Of a DNA stretch of 64,000 bases, positions 10,971 through 20,498 are shown one piece after another (positions within the stretch are counted from its first letter, which is position 1; every line of letters starts with the position of its first letter). Where the stretch lies: contig CALEKX010000112.1 in the NCBI GenBank assembly GCA_937904525.1, positions 13,811 to 77,810 of the forward strand. Reading direction: 5' to 3'. The DNA is from an uncultured Phycisphaerales bacterium (lineage in GTDB: Bacteria; Planctomycetota; Phycisphaerae; Tepidisphaerales; Tepidisphaeraceae). The notes beneath the pieces are model-generated. The model was not told the origin of the DNA, ran no database searches, and saw only the letters and a list, made by a program, of their open reading frames with translations. The position numbers were made by a program, and so were the translations under genes.

Positions 10971-12067
10971 AAACCTGTAGTAAAACCGTCTACGACGATC
11001 TGCTCGAGCGGATGCGGCAGTCCATCATCCGCGGCATCCACAAACCGGGCGACTTCGTCGGCACGGAGCAGGAGCTGGGACGCACTGCCGGCATCAGCCG
11101 GGTGTCGGTCCGCCGCGCCACCGACCAGCTCATCCGCGAGGGCCTGATCGAACGCCGCCCGGGCAAGGGCCTGTTCGTCCGCCGTCGCGACCTGGCCACG
11201 CGCCTTATCCAGATCGTCGTGCCGGATCTGGCCTTCGAACAGTGCGTGCAGATCGCGCGCGGCGCCCAAGAGCTGGGAGCCGAACGCGGCTTCCAGGTGC
11301 AGGTTTACGACGCCCACAACCGCATGGACCGCGAGATCGGGTTCCTTGAACGGCTCCCCGAAGCCGTCGAAGGGGCGCTGGTCCTCTCGTGGCACCATCC
11401 GCGCTTCACCGAAACGCTGCTCAAACTCAAGCAGAAAGGGACGCCCTTCATCCTCGTCGACGAGCACTCGAGCGATATCGAGGTCTCGTCCGTCACAGCG
11501 GATAACTACGCCGGCGGCATGGCGGTCGGCCATGCCCTGATCGACATGGGCCACCGGACCATCGGCTTCATCGGCAACCTGTCCGCCGGCACGGTCCGTG
11601 CCCGTCTGGAGGGCCTGCGCGACGCCATCGGCGATCGCGGCTTGCCGTTCAACCGGGCTCATGTGATGGATCTGGCGGTCCAGCCGCAGGAAGACTGGGC
11701 CGAGCGCATCGCTTTGCGCACGCGGGAGCTGCTGTCGCGCCCCGACCGCCCCACAGCAGTGTTTTATTCCAACGACCAGGTGGCGGCTGAAGGGCTGCGG
11801 ACGATCCGCGCGATGGGTATCCGCGTACCAGAAGAGTTGAGTGTGGTCGGTTTCGACAACTCGCCGCTTTGCCGATGGCTGGACCCGCCGCTGGCGTCGG
11901 TCGAACAGCCGTCGTTTGAGATGGGTCGGGCAGCCATGGAAATGCTGCTGGACCGCCTGCAGGCTCCCCCAACCGCCAAGCCGCCGGCAGTCCGTCAGGT
12001 CACGCTGCCGGTGAAATGGATTCCGCGCACGTCAATCGGGGCTCCCCCGAAAGGAGCGAACCAATGA
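10952..12067 (+). CDS. GntR-type HTH regulator fused to LacI/periplasmic-binding-fold sugar-sensor domain
   Basis: N-terminal [64 protein letters not shown], followed by a PBP type-1 domain (IVVPDL..., [23 protein letters not shown]). The track start 10916 (TTG) coincides with the -35 box, so GTG 10952 is preferred. Confidence 0.8.
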   Translation: MRNTCIKTCSKTVYDDLLERMRQSIIRGIHKPGDFVGTEQELGRTAGISRVSVRRATDQLIREGLIERRPGKGLFVRRRDLATRLIQIVVPDLAFEQCVQIARGAQELGAERGFQVQVYDAHNRMDREIGFLERLPEAVEGALVLSWHHPRFTETLLKLKQKGTPFILVDEHSSDIEVSSVTADNYAGGMAVGHALIDMGHRTIGFIGNLSAGTVRARLEGLRDAIGDRGLPFNRAHVMDLAVQPQEDWAERIALRTRELLSRPDRPTAVFYSNDQVAAEGLRTIRAMGIRVPEELSVVGFDNSPLCRWLDPPLASVEQPSFEMGRAAMEMLLDRLQAPPTAKPPAVRQVTLPVKWIPRTSIGAPPKGANQ

Positions 12068-12804
12068 TCGCCACACCCGCCCGCGACCGCCGCGTCGGGT
12101 TTACACTTGTCGAACTGCTGGTTGTCATCGGCATCATCGCCGTGCTGATCGCGATGCTCATGCCCGCGCTCACCAAGGCGCGTCAGAGCGCGCTGACGTT
12201 GACTTGCGCGTCCAACCTCCGGCAGATCGGCATCATGTTCGGCATGTATTCCCAGGACTACCCCGGCTGGCTGCCCCCGCTGAACTGGAAGCACGACCTG
12301 GACAACTCGATCCCGAATCACAACTCCTACGGCATGGTCCATGCCCTGGGTCCGTACATGGGGCATCCGGAATGGGCTGGGCAGTCTGAGGAGGCGCCCT
12401 ATATCTTCCTGTTCGATAACCCAGCCAAGGATGCGTTTCGCAAGTCAGTCTTCGTCTGTCCCGACTACTCCCCCACCGGCTACACCATCCAGCCGTATCT
12501 CAGCGGTGTTGCTGAGTCGGGATACTTGATCAAGACATCGGACCTCAAGTCCGTGGATCACACCCGGCCGCGCCGCGTCTCGAAGGTACGCAGGCCGCAC
12601 CACTCGCTGGTCCACGTGGCCGACAGCTACCAGGACTACGTCCTCAAATCGCGCAACGAGATCCTCAACGGAAAACGTCACTTTGACATCTACCGCCACA
12701 ACGGCGGCACGGCTGCCAACGTGCTGTTCTTCGACGGGCACGTCAGCACGTTCCGGACCGAGTACATCCGAGCCAACATCACCCAGTACCTCACATTGGA
12801 ATAG
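12064..12804 (+). CDS. DUF1559-type protein with prepilin-type N-terminal cleavage/methylation signal
   Basis: [28 protein letters not shown]...CASNLRQIG and C-terminal [12 protein letters not shown] (H-X9-DG-like). ATG 12064 overlaps the upstream stop (ATGA). Confidence 0.85.
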   Translation: MIATPARDRRVGFTLVELLVVIGIIAVLIAMLMPALTKARQSALTLTCASNLRQIGIMFGMYSQDYPGWLPPLNWKHDLDNSIPNHNSYGMVHALGPYMGHPEWAGQSEEAPYIFLFDNPAKDAFRKSVFVCPDYSPTGYTIQPYLSGVAESGYLIKTSDLKSVDHTRPRRVSKVRRPHHSLVHVADSYQDYVLKSRNEILNGKRHFDIYRHNGGTAANVLFFDGHVSTFRTEYIRANITQYLTLE

Positions 12805-12824
12805 CCCCTGAACGGAGGAGACAC

Positions 12825-14042
12825 ATGCAGACGCTTCACACATCGCCCCGCATTCGCGATGCCGCCCTCGCCGCAGCAGTAGCCGTTAGCGCCAGCGCCC
12901 TCACGCCGCACCTCGCATCGGCTGCACTGGAAATGCGCACCTGGGTGGGCGAAACGAGCACAGACTGGAACACCAATGCCAACTGGTCGCCGACCAGCCC
13001 GCCGCTGGCTGCGGATCGCATCGCCGTCTTTGATCGCGCGTTCACCTATCAGCCGGCCATCAAGACGCACGTTACCGTCATCGCTGGTATCTGGATGACC
13101 GGCGACACCGTCGGCGATGTCATCATCACCAGCAGCCCCGACGGCCAGAACAGCGGCAAGCCGACTTTCCAGACGCGCGGCAATACCATCAACGGGATCG
13201 ATGGCGTCGGCATCCTGATGGACAACACCAGCAGCGGCAACCTGACCATCGCCACCAGCGCGTTCAAGGTCGAGTTCAGCCAGACGTGGATCAACAACTC
13301 GGCGAACCTGTTTACGATTGCAGCGGACACCAACCTGGCCGGCGCAACGGCGACCATCACCGGCAGCGGCAATACGCTCATCAGCGGAAATATCACCAAC
13401 AACACCGGTACAGGCCGCATCATCAAGGAAGGCACCGGCACGCTGACGCTCGCTGGCGAGACGATCAGCTACAACGGTGAGACGACCGTCAACAGCGGCA
13501 CGCTGCTGGTGACCGGCACGATGTCCTCCGGCAGCGCCCTCGTGACCGTCAATGGCGGCACACTCGGCGGGACGGGCACCATCGGTCGAACGACGACCAT
13601 CCACGAAGGTGCGACGCTCGCTCCCGGCCTCTCCAGCGACTCAGCCGGTACGCTGACCATCAATCGCAACCTGACGATCGAAGGCACGGCTGCGTTTGAC
13701 CTGATCGGCGCCGGCGAGAATGACAAGGTCTTCGTCAACGCCGTCAACGAAGGCAGCCGCACGCTGACCTTCGGCGGCACGCTGGTCGTCACGGCAACCG
13801 ACGGGATGACCTTTGCCCCCGGACAGGTGTTCGACCTGTTTGACTGGGGCGACAAGACCGCCGTCACCGGCACGTTCGACTCGATTCAGTTGCCGACCCT
13901 CACCGGCGGCTTGTCCTGGCAGATGTTCGGGGATCAGCCGTTCGACTATCAGACCGGGCAGATTGTGGTCGTGCCTGAACCGGTCGGCGGCATCGCCCTT
14001 GGCGGCTTGGCTGTCCTCCTCACACGCCGCCGTCGCAGCTAG
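12825..14042 (+). CDS. PEP-CTERM-anchored protein with autotransporter-associated beta-strand repeats
   Basis: Signal peptide. Repeats GTGTLTLAGETISYNGETTVNSGTLLVTG...VNGGTLGGTGTIG. C-terminal VVPEPVGGIALGGLAVLLTRRRRS. GGAGGAG lies upstream of the ATG. Confidence 0.8.
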   Translation: MQTLHTSPRIRDAALAAAVAVSASALTPHLASAALEMRTWVGETSTDWNTNANWSPTSPPLAADRIAVFDRAFTYQPAIKTHVTVIAGIWMTGDTVGDVIITSSPDGQNSGKPTFQTRGNTINGIDGVGILMDNTSSGNLTIATSAFKVEFSQTWINNSANLFTIAADTNLAGATATITGSGNTLISGNITNNTGTGRIIKEGTGTLTLAGETISYNGETTVNSGTLLVTGTMSSGSALVTVNGGTLGGTGTIGRTTTIHEGATLAPGLSSDSAGTLTINRNLTIEGTAAFDLIGAGENDKVFVNAVNEGSRTLTFGGTLVVTATDGMTFAPGQVFDLFDWGDKTAVTGTFDSIQLPTLTGGLSWQMFGDQPFDYQTGQIVVVPEPVGGIALGGLAVLLTRRRRS

Positions 14043-14067
14043 TGCAACGCGACATCGCGACGAATCA

Positions 14068-14126
14068 CACGGAGCGACGACGAAGGGATCGCGCCCATAC
14101 CCCCCTTCCGTCGCTCCGTGCTTTTG
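14068..14126 (+). terminator. intrinsic terminator-like hairpin after the PEP-CTERM gene
   Basis: CACGGAGCGACGACGAAGGG (14068-14087) pairs with CCCTTCCGTCGCTCCGTG (14103-14120) and is followed by CTTTTGTGG. Confidence 0.55.
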
Positions 14127-14133
14127 TGGATTG

Positions 14134-14260
14134 GTTATCTGTTACTGGTTACTTGTTACTCGCAACGTTCCGCATACCGGCACCACTTCGTCTCTTCGTC
14201 TCTTTGTCTCTCCGTCTCTGTAACCCCCTTCGTCGCCTCGTCGCCACTTCGCTCCGTCGC
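14134..14260 (+). repeat. composite intergenic repeat, copy 2
   Basis: Same block order as 8976-9083: GTTATCTGTTACTGGTTACTTGTTACTCGC, GTTCCGC, CACTTCGTCTCTTCGTCTCTTTGTCTCTCCGTCTCTG, CCTTCGTCGCCTCGTCGCCACTTCGCTCCGTCGC. Confidence 0.8.
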
Positions 14261-14283
14261 TATATTTTGATACAATCCCCCTC

Positions 14284-15867
14284 GTGGCGCGGCGACTTCT
14301 TCTTGCACTGGGCATCATCCTTCTGGCGACTTCCCTGGCATCTGCCAACGGCGGCTTCAAGAGCGCGCCGGCCTATCCCGCGCCGCCAGCCATTCCCGTT
14401 CAGCGGGCGATGATCGTCTACCAGGACGGCATCGAGATGCTCATCGTCGAATCCAGCTTCGACACGCCCAGCCCGGATGTCGGCTGGATCCTGCCTCTCC
14501 CGGCTGAGCCCACCAGCCTGCAAGCCGGCGACAGCGGCATGCTCAGGACCGTCTGCAACGCCATCCAGCCGTCCGTCACAGGCGGGTTGGAGGGATTCGT
14601 CCACATCACCCGGATGCTGCTGATCGTCCTGCTCATCTGGACCGCCCTCTCCATGTATCTCCCGCGACGCTCCATTGCCGCCCTATTGGTGGTTTTTGTC
14701 GCGCTCGTGGCGGCGTCTGTGCTCCTGCCAACCCTGAGCGCGCCGCGCGGATATCTGTTCGGCGACGGCATCGCCATCGCCTCGGCCCAGCGTGTGGGCA
14801 ATTACGATGCAACGGTTCTCCGTGCCGACGAAGCCGTCGCCCTTTCGCAATGGCTGGCCGATCAGGAGCTGGCGCCCCTTGAGGCTTCGGAGCAGGCGAT
14901 CATCGATGACTACATCGCCCGCGGCTGGTGTTTTGTCGTCGCGCGCCTGGTCCGCGAAGGCGACGGCGTTGCGACGCCCCATCCGCTTGTTGCCACATTC
15001 CCGGTCGACAAGCCCGTCTTCCCCATGAAACTGACAGCCATTGGCCGGTCGGACACGCGTGTCGAGCTGATCGTCGTCGCCGATCAGCAGGCCTCGGCTG
15101 ACGCATTCGACTGCGTGGCCGCCGATTCATTCCACCTTTTTCCCGGACAATCGGAAGGCGTCAATATGCGCGTCGGCCCGACGATGCAGGCCAGCAAACA
15201 CAGCCTCGAGATCGGCCATCCCGACGCCGTCGAGCACATGTGGGACGGCTGCGTCGTCACCAAGCTGCAAGCCGACCTCTCACCTCAGCAGATGGACCGC
15301 GACGTCGAGATGACCCTCTCGCCGCTTACTCCCCAGCGGCAGCACTTCTACGGCGAGCGAGCCAGGCACGACCTGTTCGTCGGCATCCTCCAGCTTGGCG
15401 GCATCGCGATCGCCCTGACCACCGGTATCGCCCTGCGCGGCGGCAGAAAGCCCGATCGGCTGTTTGTGAATGCCGTCGCCGTCCTCCTCGTGCTGGCCTT
15501 CGCCTCTGCAGCCATCGCCCGTGCCCTCCTGCCGGTGATCCCGACAGCCGAAACCACGCGGCGTGCCTTCTACTTCGGCCACTACATACCCCGCGAGCAG
15601 CGACAGGTTGCCTTGTCGCTTATTGCATCCGGCCAACTCTATGCAGGCATCACCGAACAGGAATTGGCAGCCCTCCTGCCGGAATTTGAGGAGGAGGTAG
15701 AACCTCCCGAGGGCATGAAGTACAGGATCGAGCGTTCCCCCGGAAATGTCGCCCTGCGCACCATCGACGGCGAAACGTGGTTCTGCACCTACGGCCCCGC
15801 AGGCAACGAACACCGCCTGCGCCTGCCACAAAGAAAAGAGCCACAGATGAACACCGATGGACACTGA
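14284..15867 (+). CDS. DUF2330-like secreted/membrane protein
   Basis: Signal peptide (LLLALGIILLATSLASA). QRAMIVYQDGIEMLIVESSF...VGWILPLPAEP and VGNYDATVLRADEAVALSQWLADQELAPLEASEQAIIDDYIARGWCFVVARL fit my memory of DUF2330. Has internal and C-terminal TM segments. Confidence 0.55.
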   Translation: MARRLLLALGIILLATSLASANGGFKSAPAYPAPPAIPVQRAMIVYQDGIEMLIVESSFDTPSPDVGWILPLPAEPTSLQAGDSGMLRTVCNAIQPSVTGGLEGFVHITRMLLIVLLIWTALSMYLPRRSIAALLVVFVALVAASVLLPTLSAPRGYLFGDGIAIASAQRVGNYDATVLRADEAVALSQWLADQELAPLEASEQAIIDDYIARGWCFVVARLVREGDGVATPHPLVATFPVDKPVFPMKLTAIGRSDTRVELIVVADQQASADAFDCVAADSFHLFPGQSEGVNMRVGPTMQASKHSLEIGHPDAVEHMWDGCVVTKLQADLSPQQMDRDVEMTLSPLTPQRQHFYGERARHDLFVGILQLGGIAIALTTGIALRGGRKPDRLFVNAVAVLLVLAFASAAIARALLPVIPTAETTRRAFYFGHYIPREQRQVALSLIASGQLYAGITEQELAALLPEFEEEVEPPEGMKYRIERSPGNVALRTIDGETWFCTYGPAGNEHRLRLPQRKEPQMNTDGH

Positions 15868-15950
15868 TAATCTCCGCCTTGAGATCTGCGTTCATCCGCG
15901 TTCATCTGGGGCCCTCAGATCGCGCACGTGCGGCACGCCCGTGCCACAAT

Positions 15951-15990
15951 CTTCTGTCTTCTGTCTTCTGACTTCTGGCTTCTCGCCTCA
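15951..15990 (+). repeat. CT-rich short-period repeat (TTCTGTC/TTCTGAC words)
   Basis: CTTCTGTCTTCTGTCTTCTGACTTCTGGCTTCTCGCC lies between convergent genes. A related tract is at 47996-48040. Confidence 0.6.
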
Positions 15991-16461
15991 CCCCCGATGC
16001 GACATCATCCGCCGCACGTTGCGGTCCTGTTCGCGGCGCTTGATGCTCTCGCGCTTGTCGAACTGCTTCTTGCCGCGGGCCACGCCGATCTCGATCTTGA
16101 CCTTCCCCTCCTTGAAATAGGCAGCCAGCGGGATGAGCGTCACACCCTTGGTCTTGGTCTGCTGTTCAAGCTTGCGGATCTCACGGCGATGGGCCAGCAG
16201 CTTGCGCGTGCGGTTGGGGTCGTGGTTCCAGGCAAGCGTCGCCTTCTCGTAGGGGTCAATGTGCATCTGGTAGAGGAACAGCTCGCCCCCTTCGACCCGG
16301 GCGAAGGCTTCCTGGAGCGTGGCTTTGCCCTGCCGCAAACTCTTGACCTCCGAGCCGGTCAGCGCAATGCCGCACTCGAGCTTGGCATCGATGTGGTAAT
16401 CGTGCATCGCCCGGCGGTTATGGATGCGCGGCGCCCAGTTGGGATGGTCCTTGCGAGCCAT
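15988..16461 (-). CDS. smpB: SsrA-binding protein
   Basis: MARKDHPNWAPRIHNRRAMHDYHIDAKLECGIALTGSEVKSLRQGKATLQEAFARV...KLLAHRREIRKL...KGVTLIPLAAYFKEGKVKIEIGVARGKKQFDKRE. I trimmed the track ORF to the internal ATG at 16461. Confidence 0.9.
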   Translation of the reverse strand: MARKDHPNWAPRIHNRRAMHDYHIDAKLECGIALTGSEVKSLRQGKATLQEAFARVEGGELFLYQMHIDPYEKATLAWNHDPNRTRKLLAHRREIRKLEQQTKTKGVTLIPLAAYFKEGKVKIEIGVARGKKQFDKRESIKRREQDRNVRRMMSHRG

Positions 16462-16645
16462 AGCACCGATCATACGCCCCGGCTGGCAAATTGACCATGC
16501 CCCCCGCGTTGCGGCTTGCGACCGCCTGCCCCCTCCAACTGGCTCGCCAGCGCCTTCGCGAAGTCCCCGCAGGAACTCGATTTGCCGTTCGAAACGTCGC
16601 ACCGCTTTCAGCCCCGCCCGAGAATGCGTAGAATCGCCCCCCTGT

Positions 16646-17395
16646 ATGGTTGAATTGGGAGTCAACATCGATCATGTGGCGACGCTCCGCCAGGCGCGTC
16701 GCACCTATGAGCCCGACCCGGTCTGGGCGGCTGTCGAGGCACAGCTCGGCGGCGCCGACGGCATCACCTGCCACCTGCGCGAAGACCGCCGGCACATCCA
16801 GGATCACGACATCGAGCGGATCCGGACCATGTGCCACGTCAAGCTCAATCTGGAGATGGCCGCCACGGAGGAGATGGTCGCCATCGCCCTGCGCGTCAAG
16901 CCTAACCTCTGCATGTTCGTGCCCGAGGGCCGCCAGGAGATCACGACCGAAGGCGGGCTGGACGTTGTCGGCCAGCGCAAGCATCTCAAGGACGTGGTGG
17001 CCCGGCTGAAGGATGCCGGACTGACCGTCAGCGCCTTCATCGATGCCGAGCTGCCGCAGATCGAAGCCGCGGCTGAGGTGGGGTTTGACGTGTGCGAGGT
17101 GCACACCGGCCCGTACGCAGCCGTCTTCCACCAGACCGGCGGCGACCTGGACAAACCGCAACTGGCAGCCGAGCTGCGCAAGATCATGGACGCCGGCGAC
17201 GCCATCCGCAAAGCCGGCATGCGCTTCAACGCCGGTCACGCCCTCAACTATGTCAATGTGCACCACGTGGCCGCCCTGCCGGGGTTGCGCGAGCTGCACA
17301 TCGGGCACGCCATCGTCAGCCGCGCCGTCTTCACCGGCCTGCGGCAGGCCGTGCGCGAGATGAAGCAACTGATCAATGCCAATCCGAAGGAGTAA
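16646..17395 (+). CDS. pdxJ: pyridoxine 5'-phosphate synthase
   Basis: MVELGVNIDHVATLRQARRTYEPDPV...ADGITCHLREDRRHIQDHD...LNLEMA...CMFVPE...EVHTGPYA...FNAGHALNY. Trimmed to the ATG at 16646. Confidence 0.9.
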   Translation: MVELGVNIDHVATLRQARRTYEPDPVWAAVEAQLGGADGITCHLREDRRHIQDHDIERIRTMCHVKLNLEMAATEEMVAIALRVKPNLCMFVPEGRQEITTEGGLDVVGQRKHLKDVVARLKDAGLTVSAFIDAELPQIEAAAEVGFDVCEVHTGPYAAVFHQTGGDLDKPQLAAELRKIMDAGDAIRKAGMRFNAGHALNYVNVHHVAALPGLRELHIGHAIVSRAVFTGLRQAVREMKQLINANPKE

Positions 17396-17398
17396 TGC

Positions 17399-18274
17399 AT
17401 GTTCAGCGGCGCGATGACAGCCCTGATAACCCCGTTCCGCGACGGCCGCGTGGACGAAGCCCGCTTCAAGCAGCAGATCGAGTACCAGATCTCAGCCGGA
17501 ATCGATGCGCTCGTGCCGGTCGGCACGACCGGCGAATCGCCGACCCTCTCCTTCGAGGAGCATGTGCGCGTGCTGGAGCTGGCCGTCCAGGCCGCCAACG
17601 GCCGCGTGCCGGTCATCGGCGGAACCGGCGCCAATTCCACAGCCGAGGCCGTTGAACTGCACCAGCATGCCAAAAAAGTCGGCTGCGCCGCCGGCCTGAG
17701 CGTCAATCCCTATTACAACAAGCCGTCGCAGGAAGGCCTTTACCGGCACTTCATGACCATCGCCGACAGCGTCGACCTGCCGATCGTGCTCTACAACATC
17801 CCAGGCCGCACGGGCATCACCATGAGCCCGCAGACGGTCGAGCGCCTCGCGAAGCATCCCAACATCGTCGCGATCAAGGAAGCCACCGGCTCGATCGACA
17901 TCGCGACCGAGATCCGCGCCCGCTGCGACATCACCGTCATCAGCGGCGACGACGGCATGACGCTGCCGCTCATGGCCATCGGCGCAACCGGCGTCATCAG
18001 CGTGCTGTCCAACCTCATGCCGCGCGAGGTGTGCCAGCTCACCAAGCTGGCAGCCGCCGGCAAGCTCGATGAGGCCCAGAAGCTGCATGTTCGCCTCTTC
18101 GGCCTGATTCGCGCCCTGTTTGTCGAAGGCAACCCTGTCGGCATCAAGGCTGCGATGAAGCTGGCGAACATGGACAGCGGCGAGCTGCGCCTGCCGCTTT
18201 GGCCGGCCAGCGAGGCGACCGTCCAGTTGCTCCAGGAGCAGATGCAGCGCGTCGCCGCCCCGATGGGAGTTTGA
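17399..18274 (+). CDS. dapA: 4-hydroxy-tetrahydrodipicolinate synthase
   Basis: ALITPFRDGRVDEARFKQQIEYQISAGIDALVPVGTTGESPTLSFEEH...LYNIPGRTG...AIKEATG. Confidence 0.92.
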   Translation: MFSGAMTALITPFRDGRVDEARFKQQIEYQISAGIDALVPVGTTGESPTLSFEEHVRVLELAVQAANGRVPVIGGTGANSTAEAVELHQHAKKVGCAAGLSVNPYYNKPSQEGLYRHFMTIADSVDLPIVLYNIPGRTGITMSPQTVERLAKHPNIVAIKEATGSIDIATEIRARCDITVISGDDGMTLPLMAIGATGVISVLSNLMPREVCQLTKLAAAGKLDEAQKLHVRLFGLIRALFVEGNPVGIKAAMKLANMDSGELRLPLWPASEATVQLLQEQMQRVAAPMGV

Positions 18275-18284
18275 GGCGCCGCCG

Positions 18285-19838
18285 ATGACCCACCTGTGCG
18301 TTGCCATCTTCGCCACCAGCGTCGAACAGGTCCGCCGTGACACCACCGCGGCTGCCGAAGCCGGCGCGGATCTGGTCGAATTGCGCGTCGACAACATCGA
18401 GGATGCCCAGACCATCCGCCAGATGGTGCAGGCCTCGTCGCTGCCGGCGATCGTAACCTGCCGGCCGACCTGGGAGGGCGGCCACAGCACCCTCTCCGAC
18501 AGCCAGCGCATCGCGCTGCTGCGCGACGGTGCCTCCGGCCTGGCAGCCTATGTCGATGTCGAGCTGCGCGCGATGCCATCGATCGCTGCCTTCTCCCCCC
18601 AGCCACGCGAGCAGCGCACGGGCATCATCGCCTCCAGCCATGATTTCACCACGCGGCCCGATCGCCTGTGGAATATCGTGGCTGAGCTTAATGCGTCGCC
18701 CGCCGACATCTCCAAGATCGTCTGGTCCGCCCGCAATATCCGCGACAACCTCGAAGCCTTCGAGATCCTGCAGAACCGCAGCAAACCGACGATCGCCCTG
18801 TGCATGGGCGAAGCCGGTGTGATCTCCCGCATCCTGGCGCGCAAATTCGGCGCATTCCTCACGTTCGCGTCGCTGACCAGCGATGGCGGCACGGCGCCTG
18901 GGCAGGTGAGCGTCTCGGACATGAAGCGCCTGTACCGCTGGGATGCGATAGGCCCAGAGACGAAGGTCTACGGCGTCGTGGCGGACCCCGTCGGGCATTC
19001 GATGTCGCCAGCCATCCACAATGCGGCGTTTGACGCGATCCACTACGACGGCGTCTATCTGCCGCTGCTGGTGCAGGGGACGTACGAGAGTTTCAAGGCG
19101 TTCATGGAGACGTTCCTGGCCTTCGAGCGGCTGCATCTGTCGGGGCTGAGCGTCACGATCCCGCACAAGCAGCACGCGCTGCGGTACCTGCGCGAAAAAG
19201 GCCATCGCGTCGAGCCGCTGGCGGAGGCGATCGGCGCGGTCAATACGATCGCGATCTCACGCGACGGTGGGCGAATTTCGCTGTACGGGTTCAACACGGA
19301 TTACGCGGCCATTCTCGACAGTATCACGGCTGCGCTGGACATCCGCCGCGAGGATCTGGCCGGGAGGCGCGTGGCCGTTATCGGCGCCGGCGGCACGGGA
19401 AGGACCGCCGTCGCCGCCCTGGCCAAGTATGGTGCGACCGTCGAGGTCTACAACCGCACGCTTGAGCGGGCTGAGGCGCTGGCGGAGGAATTCAACGGCA
19501 AGACGGGCGAGGTGTCAGCCAAGCCCATGGAAGACCTCCCCCGCGGCGGCTGCTCGATCTACCTCAACACGACCAGCGTCGGCATGCATCCGCATACCGA
19601 TGTCACGCCGTTCGGCGATGCCGAGCCGCCCTTCGACACGAATACGCTCGTGTTCGACGCCATCTACAACCCGACGCGCACCCGTCTGCTGGAGCTGGCA
19701 GAGAAAGCCGGCGCCAAGACGATCAGCGGCGTGGAGATGTTCGTCCGCCAGGCCGTCGGCCAGTTCGAGGCCTGGACACGCCAGCCGGCGCCGGTGGACG
19801 TGATGCGGCGGGTGATCGAGTCGCGCCTTCGCAAGTGA
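18285..19838 (+). CDS. aroDE: bifunctional 3-dehydroquinate dehydratase (type I) / shikimate dehydrogenase fusion
   Basis: N-terminal half is DHQase-like (CVAIFATS...ADLVELRVD...IVTCRPTWEGG...SSHDF). C-terminal half is AroE (YGVVADPVGHSMSPAIHNAAF...LSVTIPHK...NTD...VIGAGGTGRTAV). Confidence 0.85.
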   Translation: MTHLCVAIFATSVEQVRRDTTAAAEAGADLVELRVDNIEDAQTIRQMVQASSLPAIVTCRPTWEGGHSTLSDSQRIALLRDGASGLAAYVDVELRAMPSIAAFSPQPREQRTGIIASSHDFTTRPDRLWNIVAELNASPADISKIVWSARNIRDNLEAFEILQNRSKPTIALCMGEAGVISRILARKFGAFLTFASLTSDGGTAPGQVSVSDMKRLYRWDAIGPETKVYGVVADPVGHSMSPAIHNAAFDAIHYDGVYLPLLVQGTYESFKAFMETFLAFERLHLSGLSVTIPHKQHALRYLREKGHRVEPLAEAIGAVNTIAISRDGGRISLYGFNTDYAAILDSITAALDIRREDLAGRRVAVIGAGGTGRTAVAALAKYGATVEVYNRTLERAEALAEEFNGKTGEVSAKPMEDLPRGGCSIYLNTTSVGMHPHTDVTPFGDAEPPFDTNTLVFDAIYNPTRTRLLELAEKAGAKTISGVEMFVRQAVGQFEAWTRQPAPVDVMRRVIESRLRK

Positions 19839-19956
19839 ATAGCCGCGAAGGCGCGAAGCGATTGGCGTAGGGTATGTGGACGTCAACCGGCCCCATGCAA
19901 CAAGCCCCATACCCCGGCCAATGGCCATCGCTGCGCGAACGGTTACAATACGATCC

Positions 19957-20397
19957 GTGGCCGCCAACGTGACATTTTCCGCTGAGACACTGCTCCGCGA
20001 AGCCGGGCTGAAGCGCACGCCTGTGCGCCTGGCTGTTCTGGAGCTGCTTGCCGGCATGCACACGCCCCTGGCGGCTCAGCAGATCCTCGACGCTCTCCCA
20101 GCCAGCACGGATTCGGTCACGGTCTATCGCACGCTCAACACACTGACCGAACACCGCCTGCTGCACCGCATCCGCGGCGATGATCGCGTTTGGCGCTATG
20201 CCCTCAGCGACAGTGAGCCGCAATCCCCCCGCCACGATCACGCCCACTTCGTCTGCGAATCGTGCGGCAGCGTCGAATGCCTGCGCGATGTGCCCATCCC
20301 CCGCAAGCTGATGCAGCAGGTGGCACCCGATCAGCAGTACCGGGTGAAGTACTCAGAACTGCTGTTGCATGGGGTGTGTCCAAGGTGTCAGTCCTGA
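19957..20397 (+). CDS. Fur-family metalloregulator
   Basis: LREAGLKRTPVRLAVLELLAG...VYRTLNTLTEHRLLHRI...HAHFVCESCGSVECL...HGVCPRC. Start is uncertain. GTG 19957 sits 7-8 nt after a TACAAT box (19944-19949). Alternatives are ATG 19921 or GTG 19876. Confidence 0.75.
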   Translation: MAANVTFSAETLLREAGLKRTPVRLAVLELLAGMHTPLAAQQILDALPASTDSVTVYRTLNTLTEHRLLHRIRGDDRVWRYALSDSEPQSPRHDHAHFVCESCGSVECLRDVPIPRKLMQQVAPDQQYRVKYSELLLHGVCPRCQS

Positions 20398-20429
20398 TCA
20401 GCGACGAAGGGCGAGGGCGCGCGTCGCCT

Positions 20430-20472
20430 GTTGCCTGTTGACGTCGGCTGACGGTGGTGGTCAACAAACAAC
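20430..20472. terminator. hairpin between the convergent fur-family and FtsK-like genes
   Basis: GTTGCCTGTTGAC (20430-20442) against GTCAACAAACAAC (20460-20472), 11 of 13 complementary. Confidence 0.3.
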
Positions 20473-20498
20473 ATGCACCCAGCCACACGGCTGCGGCA

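Noticed and set aside
9989-11662. 557-aa minus-strand ORF spanning gltX and the GntR-type regulator
   Set aside because: It crosses an intergenic region and two well-supported + strand genes. It has shadow-ORF composition and no recognisable motifs.
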